Positions 12,036-24,543 of a stretch of DNA of 64,000 bases are shown here, piece after piece (the stretch's first letter is position 1; each line of letters opens with the position of its first letter). Source of the stretch: Phoronis australis (Eukaryota; Animalia; Phoronida); contig NMRA01000683.1 in the NCBI GenBank assembly GCA_002633005.1, positions 1 to 64,000 on the forward strand. The letters are read 5' to 3'. The notes beneath the pieces were generated by a model. It had not been told where the DNA came from and made no database searches. It was given only the letters and a program-made list of their open reading frames with translations. Both the position numbers and the translations under genes were made by a program.

Positions 12036-13413
12036 AAAAGCGCAAGTCTAAAAGTTCAACACGCAACTATGTTCCTCTGTCTGTATTTCACGGAAGAATG
12101 ATTTGAGTTTATCACCAAACAGAACCTATCTCTCACAATCGACCATGGTAAATTAGCCTACTGAACTCTGTACGCCACGGTACGCCCAAATACCTATAAA
12201 TCCGTAACAGTGAAAAAAAAAACAAGTTAACACGTTTCTTCAAGAACTTGATGTATTCATCGAATTTTGATGATTTATTGGTGTAAAATGATGAATTCAA
12301 GCGATAAGTTGACACCAGTAAGCGTGTTGTGAACGGCTGAACAGATTGCGTTCTAACCGATTACGTCATTGGTTAATTTCATCACCTCCGTCTGCCGTTA
12401 GGTGTCAGGTAAACTAACTAGACTTGGGGTTAGCGAGTGGAACTACTCGATCTAAATTGATACAAATTAGGTTGTTTTTTGGGTGGCTTTCTCCTTTAAG
12501 TAAGATGAATCTACTGACGTTCATAACGCTAAATCGTCGTGAGAGACCGTCCGAAGTTGGTATATGGTGAAACTCCGGACGGTCTGGGGTCTACAGAAGA
12601 CCACAGTTGAACTGTATGAGTCTACACCAATGAGATAAACGAGAGTAGTTCTACTTGCTGCGTCAGCTGCTCGTATGCTTATTTCTTTTATGACACACAG
12701 CGGAGTGCGAGACCCCTGAGGTCCCTGTCAAGTCCTCACGACAATTCTACGTTATGTTTTTGTAAATTCTAACACCGACCTGTCATTATCTGCACACCTA
12801 CTTGTATGTACATGTAAAGTCTCGTGCCGTGGCGATCAAAATGCATGACATATTTTTTAATCATCTGAGCGTTTTACGGATTTGAATGTAATTAAAGTAT
12901 TAATAGTCGTAGACGCAGATTTATGCAACATTTATAACCCAGATTTAACCCTGAAACTGTAAGGCACTTTCATACACAAGAAGATATCTTGCTTAAGTCA
13001 ACTAACCGAAAACGTCACGTTAAAATGCGCAGATTCTGGTTTTTGGGGGAACCATGCCTCCAAGGCCCCATTGGGATACTGCTAATCCCATGCTTTGTAC
13101 TGATGCCAACGGTCAGGCATTTCGCGTGGTTTCTAGAATCTACCAACGATTTGTTTTAGAAAATTGACATTCACTTTTAAATTGAATTGAATCACAAACA
13201 AATCTTGAAAGAAATTCACGCTTCAATATATTTTGATGCTGGTTGAAATTCAAGGAAATCTATATCATTTGACCCTCGATCAACAAATTAAATAGTTCAT
13301 GCCAATCTGAAATTCCAATAGTAGAAAGAAAAACATGTTACGCCTGTGCTCAGTTACCAACAGAGTGACACCAATTTGCAATAAAATCGGATAATGTTAC
13401 AACGATGAGGATA

Positions 13414-13439
13414 CTGAACTATTTGTTTTGTCTCTTCAG
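13414..13439 (+). promoter_or_regulatory. 3' splice acceptor of a 5'-UTR intron of the DUF229 gene
   Basis: ctgaactatttgttttgtctcttcAG: branch-like ctgaac, pyrimidine tract and AG at 13438-13439, 84 nt upstream of the ATG. Confidence 0.6.
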
Positions 13440-13523
13440 CGCTCTTACAAAATGAACTACTTCAGGGGGTGAGTAGCTGCCGGTCTGCTGGAAAACTCCT
13501 TTGGTCAAAGTTAACTGCGAAGC

Positions 13524-15476
13524 ATGCTTTTCCGAGGTACATGTAGGAAGATGCGAACCGTGGCAGTTGCAATGACACTGGTTTTCGTATTAGTCATTTT
13601 ATTGCAAAATGCATCCCGCCTTTATATTCGTGAGCACGAACATCCAAGAGAAAATGAACAAAGACCGATTGAACCTCTTGCCTCAGCGGCCAGTGCTTAC
13701 AAAGGAAACGAAAACCAAGTGGCTTGTCTTTATCCCAAATTGGACCCTTGGGACAAGGGATTGACGAATCTTCTGAAGGACTCCCCGCCATTAAAGTGTG
13801 CAGCATCAGATAAAAACTGGGTTGAACTTGTCGATAGAAAAATTATCATGCCTTTTACAAAAAAATTCGGGACTGTGTCGTGCCGAGTTACTCCATTTAC
13901 AAGATTTTCAGATTACGACACGCACGAAATAAAGGAAATTCCAATGGCTAACAACACCGTGTTGCCATCCGATTTCTTTCGAGTAAGGTGCTCGGCAGGA
14001 AATGGTTCTTATACCTACAATAACATCCACGCTGGAGTGCGCATAGAAAAAAGTCTCCTCAACTGTAGACTTTTAACTAAGGATGGTTTGGGATTGAATG
14101 TTCTTATGATAGGACTGGACTCAGTGTCCAGGATGACATTTATGCGAAAATTACCAAAAACAATCAAATACCTCACGGATGTTTTGGGAACTGTTATACT
14201 GAAAGGGTACAACATAGTTGGCGATGGTACACCCCAAGCATTGATTCCAATTTTGACTGGACGAACTGAGCTAGAGTTACCGAGAGCTTTGAAACGACTA
14301 AAAAACGGTGTATCGTGTGACGTCTTCCCAATGGTGTGGAAAAACTTCTCAGAAAAGGGCTACGTGACAGCCTTTGGAGAGGATGAGGTTGGCTACGGAG
14401 CCTTTACATTTCGTATGAACGGCTTCACAAAGCAGCCAACAGACCATTATATGAGAACCTTCTATAATAAACTAAAGAAAGAAGAACATAAACCCTACTG
14501 CATTGGAGATCGTCCTCGATTTAGAGTTGCTTTGGATAATATCCGTGAATTCATGGAAACTTATAGAAGTTGTCCGAGGTTTGGTTTCATGTTTCACAAC
14601 GAGATAAGTCATGATGGTAGTGAACTACTTCATACAGCTGACGATGATTTAGTTGAAACGTTGAAAAAAATGAGAAATAGCGGATTGCTTGACAATACCA
14701 TGCTTATCGTTATGTCAGATCACGGGGCCAGGTTTAGTAAACTTCGACAAACGGTACAAGGGAAGCAAGAGGAAAGAAATCCTTTCTTTTCGTTTACGTT
14801 TCCCCAATGGTTCGCGACAAAACACCAGAAAGCCTTCAGCAATGTCATAAAAAACTCAGAGCGGCTTGTAACTCCATTTGATATATACCCTACTCTCATG
14901 GACATGCTGGACTTCCGTGGCACAGAAATGGGAGACAAGACAACACGAGGAATAAGCATTTTTCAAGAAATTCCATTAAGTAGAACGTGCAAAGATGCTG
15001 GAGTGGAGCCGCATTGGTGTAACTGTCTTCATTGGAAAGCAATAAACAAGACGGATGACAGAGTTAGAGAGGCATCTTTGAAACTAGTGGAACACATAAA
15101 TGAACTAACGAATCCGAGAAGGTCGATATGTCTTAAATTGTCCCTAAAGAACATAATCCAAAGCTCTATTTATGAATTGTCTAAGGAAATGTTAGCCTTT
15201 CAAAAAACTGTGGATCTAGACGGTTTTAAACCGGACCTCAGTGGAAAGATGCGCTCAGAGAAGGAAGTGTTTCAAATTGTTATCAGTACAACACCAAATA
15301 ATGGGTTGTATGAAAGTAGTGTTGAACGCAATGTTGCAAGCAATGTCTATACCGTTCGCACGAGTGATATTAGTCGGACAAATTCATATGGCGAAGACGC
15401 GCATTGCGTGGTGAATACGGAAGAGCAGTTGAGAAAATTTTGTCTTTGTCGGGATCGCTTTCGGCAGACGTCATAA
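13524..15476 (+). CDS. DUF229-family (ALP_like, alkaline phosphatase/sulfatase superfamily) protein, predicted type II membrane/secretory-pathway enzyme; uninterrupted 650-aa ORF
   Basis: Only long ORF in the window. N-terminal hydrophobic anchor (VAVAMTLVFVLVILL). Family-type motifs NVLMIGLDSVSR, LKGYNIVGDGTPQALIPILTG, GYVTAFGED, GFTKQPTDHYMR, EISHD, IVMSDHGARF, QGKQEERNPF, RLVTPFDIYPTL, RTCKDAGVEPHWCNC and C-terminal ISRTNSYG...RKFCLC. Confidence 0.92.
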   Translation: MLFRGTCRKMRTVAVAMTLVFVLVILLQNASRLYIREHEHPRENEQRPIEPLASAASAYKGNENQVACLYPKLDPWDKGLTNLLKDSPPLKCAASDKNWVELVDRKIIMPFTKKFGTVSCRVTPFTRFSDYDTHEIKEIPMANNTVLPSDFFRVRCSAGNGSYTYNNIHAGVRIEKSLLNCRLLTKDGLGLNVLMIGLDSVSRMTFMRKLPKTIKYLTDVLGTVILKGYNIVGDGTPQALIPILTGRTELELPRALKRLKNGVSCDVFPMVWKNFSEKGYVTAFGEDEVGYGAFTFRMNGFTKQPTDHYMRTFYNKLKKEEHKPYCIGDRPRFRVALDNIREFMETYRSCPRFGFMFHNEISHDGSELLHTADDDLVETLKKMRNSGLLDNTMLIVMSDHGARFSKLRQTVQGKQEERNPFFSFTFPQWFATKHQKAFSNVIKNSERLVTPFDIYPTLMDMLDFRGTEMGDKTTRGISIFQEIPLSRTCKDAGVEPHWCNCLHWKAINKTDDRVREASLKLVEHINELTNPRRSICLKLSLKNIIQSSIYELSKEMLAFQKTVDLDGFKPDLSGKMRSEKEVFQIVISTTPNNGLYESSVERNVASNVYTVRTSDISRTNSYGEDAHCVVNTEEQLRKFCLCRDRFRQTS

Positions 15477-15520
15477 TGTTTTGTATAGCGAAAAGTTTAA
15501 CTGAAACCATGGCTGCTTTT

Positions 15521-16112
15521 TATGAAGCACCAAATGATTCTGAAACGACTGCCTTTACTGCGCGCTGAAATGGGCTTGTTCAACATGCACTTTTGCATAA
15601 TCAAAGCTCTGAATTAGTTACTCAGCGCGTTGAATTGGGTCGTACTTGTATGAACGAGCATATTTCTGCTCTTGTTTAACGCGCACTTTTGTTTAATCAA
15701 CGCGAAGTTTTCCTTAATCAACACCTAGTGATGCTTAATCAACGCTCTGAATTAGTTATTCGTTATATACAATCAAATTTAAACTTTACATTCAGTACAA
15801 AATTAACGGCAACCTAATTTACGTGCTCACTCACATGCAGATACATGCAGTCTTCCGCTATTTTGAGATTTAAGAATACGGATGTGAGTGGATTATATGA
15901 ACAGATTGAATGTGCGGGTTGAATAAGCAATGCATGTAGTATGCGTTGAATAAAAACCGAAATCATTTAATAACGAATCCAGCGCGTTGAATATACAATT
16001 CACCGCGTTGATTAAGCAATACTACTTACCGATTGAACCAAATGTGACCGTTGAATAAACACATTTCAACACGCCGAAATGTGCTCGCTTAAGAACCCTC
16101 TGACGCTTCACA
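15521..16112. mobile_element. TIR element with internal (ttaatcaacgcg)-like tandem/inverted repeats, in the 3' UTR region of the DUF229 gene
   Basis: Imperfect TIR tatgaagcaccaaatgattc... / ...gaaccctctgacgcttcaca. Internal repeats switch orientation near the centre. Confidence 0.5.
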
Positions 16113-16399
16113 GCTCCTGTCTTGGTACATGTACATGTGCATTACTAGGTGACGGTAATTAGGTAATGGTGTGTGGGTGTGCGGGTATGTGGGGGTGTAA
16201 AACCTAAAATCACTTGGCAAACGACAAGTGTGATTTCATTTCCTCCGAAGAGGAATTACTTGATAAGTCGTGAAAGTCAGGTAAAGATTATGTACAATAG
16301 GCTCTGTGTATTTAGTCAAACATCTACAATGCTAAAGATTTTGACTCAAAATAAACGTAGAAAGCCTGCAGAATTTTAATAACAACGAATCTCCTAACA

Positions 16400-17520
16400 T
16401 TGAGTCACTTGACCATACTTTTTTCAATAAAATTCAGCAAAAAGATAAAGTCATAGCAAAAAAAAAACAGTAACAGTAACAGTACCACATTTCGCTCAAT
16501 ATAAACTTCAAGGACGCTGTAACGGTTTTTGAAATTACCATTTCATTTTCATTTTCCTAAACTTACGAGGGTCCTACAAATCTTTATGCCGTTATTTTTA
16601 TATGTCAAGGTGTGTCGTGAAAACGACTGATTTTTCATTTTGTCAGTTCAATGTGAAAAGTGTTTGAGATGAATTTTTGAAGTTTAATACCTATAGTCTT
16701 TGTTGTGTAGCAGAACATGGGACTGAGGTTTGCTTAGTTATTATCAACTTAGACAATTACATTTTAGAAACGGAAATATTAGTGATAACAAGTAGCAGCA
16801 TATGTTGATGAAAACAGCGACGTATTTAAATCGGCTTGACAAGTTTCGGCGCTTGTTAAAACACCATCCTCAGAAGCTAAAAAAACAGTTGCCACTTTGT
16901 CAGGCCCAACAACAAGTAATGATACATAGACACAAACAGTTACAATGGAGTATAACGAAACACTATACTAACAATGACAGCCTGTGTTGTTCTGGTTGCC
17001 CATTGAGACTGGGCTTACACACCAATTGATATCCAGAGCCTCCGAATTTTCAGCTGCCTTGTTGTTTCTGTTTGGTCTATTTTAGCAAAGCTGTTGAAAG
17101 AGAATATTGCTCATAACAATGGTCGGAGTTCTATAAACGAAAATTAATATGTGAACCTCTGTCAGATTATAGACGTTCCCTGATTAGGGTTTTTAAATGG
17201 CGAAACTTTTGTTGTTGAGCCTAGCTAGATGGCTATTGTTTTCATTTCTGAGGAATGTCGAAATATGTCAAGCCGATTTAAATCCATTGTTGTTTTTACC
17301 AAAATATTAGTGAGTAGCTGTACTGTAGTTTGTCAGGTTGCGATCGAGGTTTACCTATTTTCTCGGTTTATAGGTTTGGAACTCTTGCCCTCGACGCGTT
17401 TTATTTGAGTGTACTCCTGAAGATGAACGGTCATGTATATGTTGTAACTCAAATTCAGATGAAGATGAACTGCATTTTAAACGTGATTGTCCTTGTATTA
17501 TTCACATTTATTTCTCTTCC
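16400..17520 (+). pseudogene. Decayed non-LTR retrotransposon (LINE) ORF2 3' end
   Basis: TPEDERSCICCNSNSDEDELHFKRDCP (17413-17493) matches the C-terminal CxxC...EDExHF...CP motif of LINE ORF2s, preceded by FSVYRFGTLAL (cf. FRxGxLPL). The 5' boundary is uncertain. Confidence 0.6.
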
Positions 17521-17598
17521 AAATACCTAACTTTTCAGACCAAATATTCTCAATACAGGTTGGGTACATGCACGTTGTAGCAAAACAAAACAGACGCA

Positions 17599-18853
17599 GA
17601 TGGCTTTACTCACAGCAGTAGCAGCATAATAAAAAACACAAAACACGAATTATAAATACAGTAATGCAAGCAGAACGACGGGAAAACATGTTAACACATT
17701 CTAAACCACTATCGTAACAATTAACTGCACGACCGTCACTAGCTCAACTAAACTCAACCTCAACTATTGAAACCCTGAAATATACTTTATGCTAAAAGGC
17801 AATACCGCGTAGGTAACATAAAAGGCAAACCCACCGGGCAACGCCCAAGAAAACGGCGACGGGAGAAGGCATACTCTAGGCCAAGCGTTAGAAAAGGCGG
17901 CACGAGAATAAACAGTTGGAAACAACGACATCTGACGGAAGAACTACACTGTTACTGAGTTTACTTAAAATGCGGGAAACATGCGTACAGTAAGCGTAAC
18001 TCGAAATAACACGACGTGGCGGTATAAAGTAACACTGTTCCCGGAAACAGGGTAATCAAGATTCACTTCAACAAACATCGCTGCAGACAGCCATGAAAAA
18101 TAAACAACACAAAAATCATATTTATTTACGAGAGACTGCAAATGTTCACTGAGTGCCACACCCAGCAGAAAAAAATTATTGACCAGGCGATGGGGGGTAG
18201 ACGAAATAGTTTTCACGGCATAGCANGATGGCTTTACTCACAGCAGTAGCAGTATAATAAAAAACACAAAGCACGAATTATAAATACAGTAATGCAAGCT
18301 GAACGACGGGAAAACATGTTAACACATTCTAAACCACTATCGTAACAATTAACTGCACGACCGTCACTAGCTCAACTAAACTCAACCTCAACTATTGAAA
18401 CCCCGAAATATACTTTATTCTAAAAGGCAATACCGCGTAGGTAACATAAAAGGCAAACCCACCGGGCAACGCCCAAGAAAATGGCGACGGGAGAAGGCAT
18501 ACTCTAGGCCAAGCGTTAGAAAAGGCGGCACAAGAATAAACAGTTGGAAACAACGACATCTGAGGGAAGAACTACACTGTTACTGAGTTTACTTAAAATG
18601 CGGGAAACATGCGTACAGTACGCGTAACTCGAAATAACACGACGTGGCGGTATAAAGTAACACTGTTCCCGGAAACAGGGTAATCAAGATTCACTTCAAC
18701 AAACATCGCTGCAGACAGCCGTGAATAATAAACAACACAAAAATCATATTTATTTACGAGAGACTGCAAATGTTCACTGAGTGCCACACCCAGCAGAAAA
18801 AAATTATTGACCAGGCGATGGAGGGTAGACGAAATAGTTTTCACGGCATAGCA
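17599..18853. repeat. 627-bp tandem duplicate across a single N (18226), probably an unmerged allelic contig overlap
   Basis: 17599-18225 vs 18227-18853, near-identical with scattered SNPs. Confidence 0.85.
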
Positions 18854-19322
18854 GCTTCGAACAATATCCCTGACATCCTTGAAGACGTTCACGACCCCTC
18901 CCATGGGTCAACTACTTGGATTTCTCCACGTACTCTCGTCCTTGACTATGACAACATCGTGGATTGTTCGAAAACCCCTCGACCCCCACACTGTTCGACC
19001 CACGGTCCTCTCAACCCACAACCCCCTCGACCCATCACTTACATTACCCAAAGCCGGGTTCGGCTCCGTCAGATTATGGACTCTCCATTTGCTTTGCTGG
19101 GTCTGTACAGCTGTACAAACCAGCACAACTAGCAACAGACAGACACACGTTTCAAACGAACCATGAACAAGGCGCAGGAACAACGCACCTTTTCTGAGAG
19201 AAACGGCAGACGGACCTCTGAAGCATCGAAAACAGGCAGATGCCCCTTTCGTCTCATAGCAAGCATAGCTAAACAGAAATGCCGACTGCAACCACGAACT
19301 ATTTTTCAGTTTGGCAGACCAT

Positions 19323-20784
19323 AGACCTAATTCACGCCGGCAGGAAGCGCGTTCCTGAACGAGGCTCGCTACGATAGCTGTCTGTTGGCTTACCGGCATA
19401 GTTGTATTCCGCGTTGCTCGAAGGACTAGAAAAATACGAACATTCAACTGTCTGTTTTACAATACATGTACATGCACCTAAGGACGTTGAGATTCGGAAG
19501 CGTTGGGTCGTTGCCACTTACGCCGCGACGAAGGAAAATATGTCCGTGTAAAATTTATAAATGGTTTCAAAAAGTTAGATCACATTTCTGTCACATCTCG
19601 GTTGCCGAGCATCATAGCAGCAACAGGAGAATCTTCGGCCAACCAGGTTGTGTTTTCAAGATTACGTGATTAAACATGATGCATTTTTCTTTGCAAAAGT
19701 GACAGCGTCCTCAATCCCTCGATTTTGGAGCCAAATACCGGCCCTATTCCCATATCAAAATTTTTGAAAAATCACGCGAAATTCCCCCCTCGAGGTCTAA
19801 GAATTTCCCCAGTGATTGAACATTTCTTTTCGAAGTTCAAATCACCTAACCACACAGGTGACAATTTGAAAGAGCGCAAAATGCTACTTGAAACAGAGCC
19901 TATGAGAACTTCCAACAGGGCGGAGGCGCTATTGATGGTGATCGGGTGGTAGATTTTTGCCCTCACTCTGCGAAAAAATTCCACTCTCAGAGGGCACAGG
20001 CACCTTTCCCTTCGGATGAACGAGGCCCCTGAAGAAACGTGATAACTATGCTTGCTCTGTCCAGTTAACTGAAATTGAGCTCTAAAACGAGATTATGCTT
20101 TGGACGAACGAATTAGGTGTTTTGATTTTAAAATTTAACTTAGTCCAAGAAAGCAGAATTGATGGTCAAATAATTTCTATTTTCAATTACGAGCCTGGTT
20201 ATTTATTTTAATAAAAATATATTTAATAACATCAATTGTTTTTTCAGATCAACGACAAATCAACTGTTAGTCCCGGTAGTCCCTACCTCGGCAGGACCTA
20301 GGCTATGCTTGATAAACAAATTACTAAACCAGATATGACTAATTGCACATCACAGCAAAATGCGATGAGCCACCACTGTCGAATATATCTTCAACTCGTC
20401 AACAAAACGCGAAGATGACCTGGTTCGTTTAGAAAGCATTATCAACAATTTACAAGAAGAAACGTATTCCTGCATTCACCATAATATCTGATCCGTAACA
20501 CTACGATGGCCGCAATTTGGTCAGATTTACTTTGTATGTTTCGAACCTAGTCTTCCAAAATACTTACATGTATACCCTTTCGTCAGACAACTCTTGAGTG
20601 CATTGACTTGTTCTCTTAAGTATTTTTCTATGTCTCTGTGGTTAATTATCGACACATTTTTATTATTTAATATCCAGGTTGGACTAGAAAGACCGGCCAT
20701 TTAACTCACGCGATGTCAACTTCCGCTTTGTTTATCGCAGTGAGTCTCGCTCTGGTTTTAATATCCGCCGCGTGAATGAGGTCT
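19323..20784. mobile_element. ISL2EU/PHIS-like non-autonomous element (AT flanks) nested in the MULE-like element
   Basis: at|agacctaattcacgc...gcgtgaatgaggtct|at. An inverted paralog lies at 51096-about 52520. Confidence 0.6.
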
Positions 20785-20855
20785 ATAAGCGCGACTACAG
20801 CTGGCCAGGGTTTTTGGCACACAAGTTGCCAAGCGCTCTGTCTGCCCGAGACCAG

Positions 20856-20992
20856 TCTCTCGTTCAGTAACGCTAGAACCTCGCTAAAAAGCAAGACTTC
20901 GCGAGATTACGTGAGATATTACCGTGAATTTGAAATGCGAACACGTGAATTTGGTTAGATTTTAACTATGTCCTAGCGTTACTGAACGCACG
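20856..20992. mobile_element. Small MITE (cgttcagtaacgctag TIR); second copy at about 22054-22204
   Basis: Inverted ends cgttcagtaacgctag / ctagcgttactgaacg, a shared internal sequence ctcgctaaaaagcaagacttcgcgagattacgtgagatatt, and CWG flanks. Confidence 0.7.
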
Positions 20993-23900
20993 CCTGCTGT
21001 GCGGAGTCAGAGAGTACATGTACACTAATGTGTTCGTCCGCTGCAACAATGCCTCATGCAACAAAACACAAAATTCGAATTTATTACATCAAGACATGGG
21101 CTACGCAGCATTAAATTTAGTGGGGGGCATAGCCCCAAACCCCCTATGGTGCGCCGACCACGCAGGATTCTTTAACGACAGTCCTACACCTGACACTGAA
21201 TTATTACAATTAAGAGACAAAATCGGCGACAATGAAGCATGAATCAAGATGAAATGCCCACCGGTCAACTAGTAATTACACTGATTTTATCTCAGGCAAC
21301 ACTTCAACAGTTGGTCTGAGGTTTTTCAGAAAAGCCTTCGATTTTCCTACATGTACGTGAATGTGCTTTTCTTTTGCCTTTTATTTTCGCAAAAATCTGC
21401 GAGGCCAATGATCGTCTACCTCTGTTCAACCACGTGGCGACAGTTAAGTCTTCAAGGAAAGTCACTGAGCGACTGAATAAGATTAAGAAGTGAGTAAAAA
21501 TAGCAAAAATACTTCTAATTTTACTGACAGGTTGGGGTCGAGGGGGTCGTGGGTCTAGGGCGTCGTAATTCGAGGAGGTCGATTGGGTTGAGGGGGTTTT
21601 AGAACAATCCCAACATCATGTACCTCGATGTTACGCTTGAGACCCTGTCACTTGTCACGTGTTTGAAATGTAACTACAAAATTCCTTCTTTCACTTGGTC
21701 CAGAAAAAGTTCGCCAACAATTGCACGCCGCTCCACCTTTTGATCATATAAACGTCAGGCAGATCTGGAAGTTCCGGGAGGGAGAGAAACAATCTTGATC
21801 TTTGCTGTCAAAATGTGGTTAGGGATGAGCGGCTGGAGATTACCGGGTCAACACACAACGTTATCAAAGAGCAGGAATGAAAGATAGCATCTGGTTCACA
21901 AAGCAGTGTCCGGCACACGTCGGAGCCCAAGCGGTTACATTTTGTGAGTGTTGACGATAGAATCTTACATGTACGTGCATACTGTCAGGATTTAGTGAAC
22001 ATTACCTCGCTGCGTAGGAGAGTGGTAGCGCTGTTGCAAACGATATTAACCAGCCTCCCGTTCAGTAACGCTAGGACCTCGCTAAAAAGCAAGACTTCGC
22101 GAGATTACGTGAGATATTGCCGTGCATTGTAAATAAGAGCACGTGACTTTGAATAGGTTTTAGCTATGGCCTAGCGTAGGTCCTAGCGTCTACTGAACGC
22201 ACGCCAGGTTGCACCAGTAAAATTTCCGGGAAGTCGCACTCACGGAAAAGAAAAAGACACGCACGAGACGCGGGGGACGCAAGAAGAAATCACGATTTTG
22301 TTTTTCAGGAATATTATGCACAAACCGTAACACATACCCGATCTGACGCTACCACACGTCACCGAAATTATTTGCAGCTGGTGGATTCAGCAGCCAATTT
22401 TTGCTCTCGGATCGTAGGTAGCGTTGATACTGTTTTGGTCCGTTTCGACCCCTGGGCTCCTAGCTCCCTCCCTGCGCCCACGAAATTCGTGCCTTTGTCA
22501 GAAAACATTGATCTCACAGGACCACGACGAGCCAAAATCCTGCGCTAGGCATGAATGATATTGCCAGCCTCGAGGTTGTTCACCATCTCCAAACGATTGA
22601 CCCGGCTAGAAAGGGATATTAGCATAACATCATAGCACTTGCCAGTGGCGGATCTACGTTTTCAGTAAGGGGGGTTTAGGATCTATCCCGCAAAGGTCGA
22701 ATCCGAGGCGCGTGGCGCCGAGCGGGGGGAGGTCGGGGGAGGGGTGTTCCCTCCTGCCGTGTAAGACATTTTGTTTTTGTAGCCAAATAGTGAAATTTCC
22801 ATGCATCCTGGTAATTTTCTGGCACTTAACATGTCTCTGGAGTTTTTCTTAAGATAATTTAAAACCCTTCTCGAGTTTGTCACATGAACTTGGGTCATAA
22901 GTTTCGCGAAACCATATTTGTGCACATCTGGGTATGAGTCACGCCACCAGCAAAAATTTTTGTTGGAACCGATGATCTGCTTACACACACCTTTTTTACC
23001 ATACGAAAAGTCGTATACGAAAACGTGGGGCGTGTATACAGGGGTTTAGACAACTACCAAATATTCAAGAGCATACGTAGCACCGACGGGGCGTAAAAAC
23101 TTAAATATCAGATGGTCGCGTAACAGCAGCCTCAAGTTGTTTAAGAACGAAGACCTGTACTCTTAGTCCGAAAATAAACATGTGTTCTGTCTCGTTACGA
23201 GAAAAACTGGTGAACGATGGTGCTTGCAGCTCATAGTCTATTATTAAAGCGACAATAAACAATTAAGTATCATTTTATTAAGCTGAATTATGTTGACATT
23301 AATTGAAAAACGTCAAATGTATCAGGAAACAAATCATCTGAAAACAGTTTCACGAAACCAAAACATTCTGTAGGCATACACCGTGTTTAAAAGATATACA
23401 GGACCAGTTCGCAGAGGGACCAGGTGTACACTGAGAGTACACAAAAAGGCTGGCCTGGTCCGTCACGAGACCAAAAGTAAACCTGTGCTTATTTTCCCTA
23501 TAAAAACAGTCGATCTGTCGCGTGACAAAACAGTACTGGCTGAGATGAATAGTTTTACGTTGGTAAAAAAACATCACAAGACTAGTTAGCCGAGGGACCA
23601 GAAGTATACTGAAACTCAATATCTACACAAATCAAGCTGGCCTGGTCCGTCGCGAGACCTAAAATGTACAATGCAAAAAATTTGAATTGAAAACTTCTCT
23701 CTAAACACTTAATCCCCAGTGGTTGCTCATTCGTGTATTTTTCACATCTGGTGGTTAATTTCTGCGAGATGTTGTCCAGGTAGGGTTTTCGCACGGTTCT
23801 GTAGTACTCACTGGAAAAAACAAGTATTGAGTACAAATTTAACTACGCACTACGTACGTGAAATAGATTTTGGATATGAAGCAGATAGAGCCAAGTGGAA

Positions 23901-24057
23901 ATGCAAACCAGAATCAGTTTCTATGCGCTCGTAGACGCTCTGCTGTACTGGGTAAGTTTGCATGTCCAAAACTAATTTCTATTTCATTTTCAGTGTACAC
24001 AAGCATAAAAAACCGACATTATATACAAACTGACGGCGTGTAGAATTATAACTTATT

Positions 24058-24330
24058 ACCTGAGTGTTTCTCCAGGAACGTTAGTCCTATCCTTCTATTG
24101 TCTAGCCTGCCGAGGAATCTGTATATCGGATCCAATGGTTTGCTCGTCTTGGAACCGTTCTACCCCGATATCTTCGATGTTTGTTACCAACGCTTGCACT
24201 TCGTCAACTGCTGTGTCAATGAGCTTGTAAGCCTCTACAAAGTCAGCATCTCGTTTCGCAGCTCAGTTGGTACTAAGCCCCCTGAGGTTGCCAAGTCCAT
24301 TCAAAAGTCTTACATGCGCAACTAAATTTG
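24058..24330 (-). pseudogene. hAT transposase fragment (P52rIPK/ZMYM1-like C-terminal half)
   Basis: LGNLRGLST / KRDADFVEAYKLIDTAVDEVQAL...IQIPRQARQ*KDRTNVPGET followed by ag|gtaata; contains a premature stop and a frameshift. Confidence 0.7.
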
Positions 24331-24378
24331 ATCCGTTCATCATGGACTACTTCAAACCTTGACGATGTATCCCAGGAC

Positions 24379-24543
24379 CAGGGGCGGATCCAGAATTTTC
24401 ATTTAGGGGGGTGGGGGTGGCAGAGCAGAGAATTAGCCAGGATTTTGCCCGTCAGACGGCGCACCCCCGAACTGCCAACTGCAATCTGGAAGAGTTTTAG
24501 GTAGGGCCATGGCCCCCTTGGCCCCCCTCTAAATCCGCCACTG
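24379..24543. mobile_element. hAT-type MITE (CAGGGGCGG/CAGTGGCGG ends)
   Basis: caggggcggat...atccgccactg flanked by aggac on both sides. An inverted copy lies at about 52205-52360, and a truncated end at 38642. Confidence 0.75.

Larger units (their letters stand above)
18961..21610. mobile_element. MULE-like non-autonomous element nested in the BEL integrase C-terminal region
   Basis: TIR ggattgttc(g/t)aaaacccc with cctcgaccc subterminal repeats. 9-bp TSD caacatcgt (18952-60) / caacatcat (21611-19). The BEL reading frame resumes across the site (NIEVHDV|VIVKDE). Confidence 0.8.

Noticed and set aside
10605-12420. Candidate promoters for the DUF229 gene (tandem cttccggcgcatct at about 10613/10635; ttacgtca + attgg at about 12361)
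   Set aside because: These are short motifs with no transcript evidence and cannot be distinguished from chance.
17599-18853. 627-bp direct repeat at the BEL 3' end read as paired or tandem LTRs
   Set aside because: The copies abut a single N and include coding-derived sequence. The same pattern occurs at 46355 and 62906, so an unmerged allelic overlap is more likely.
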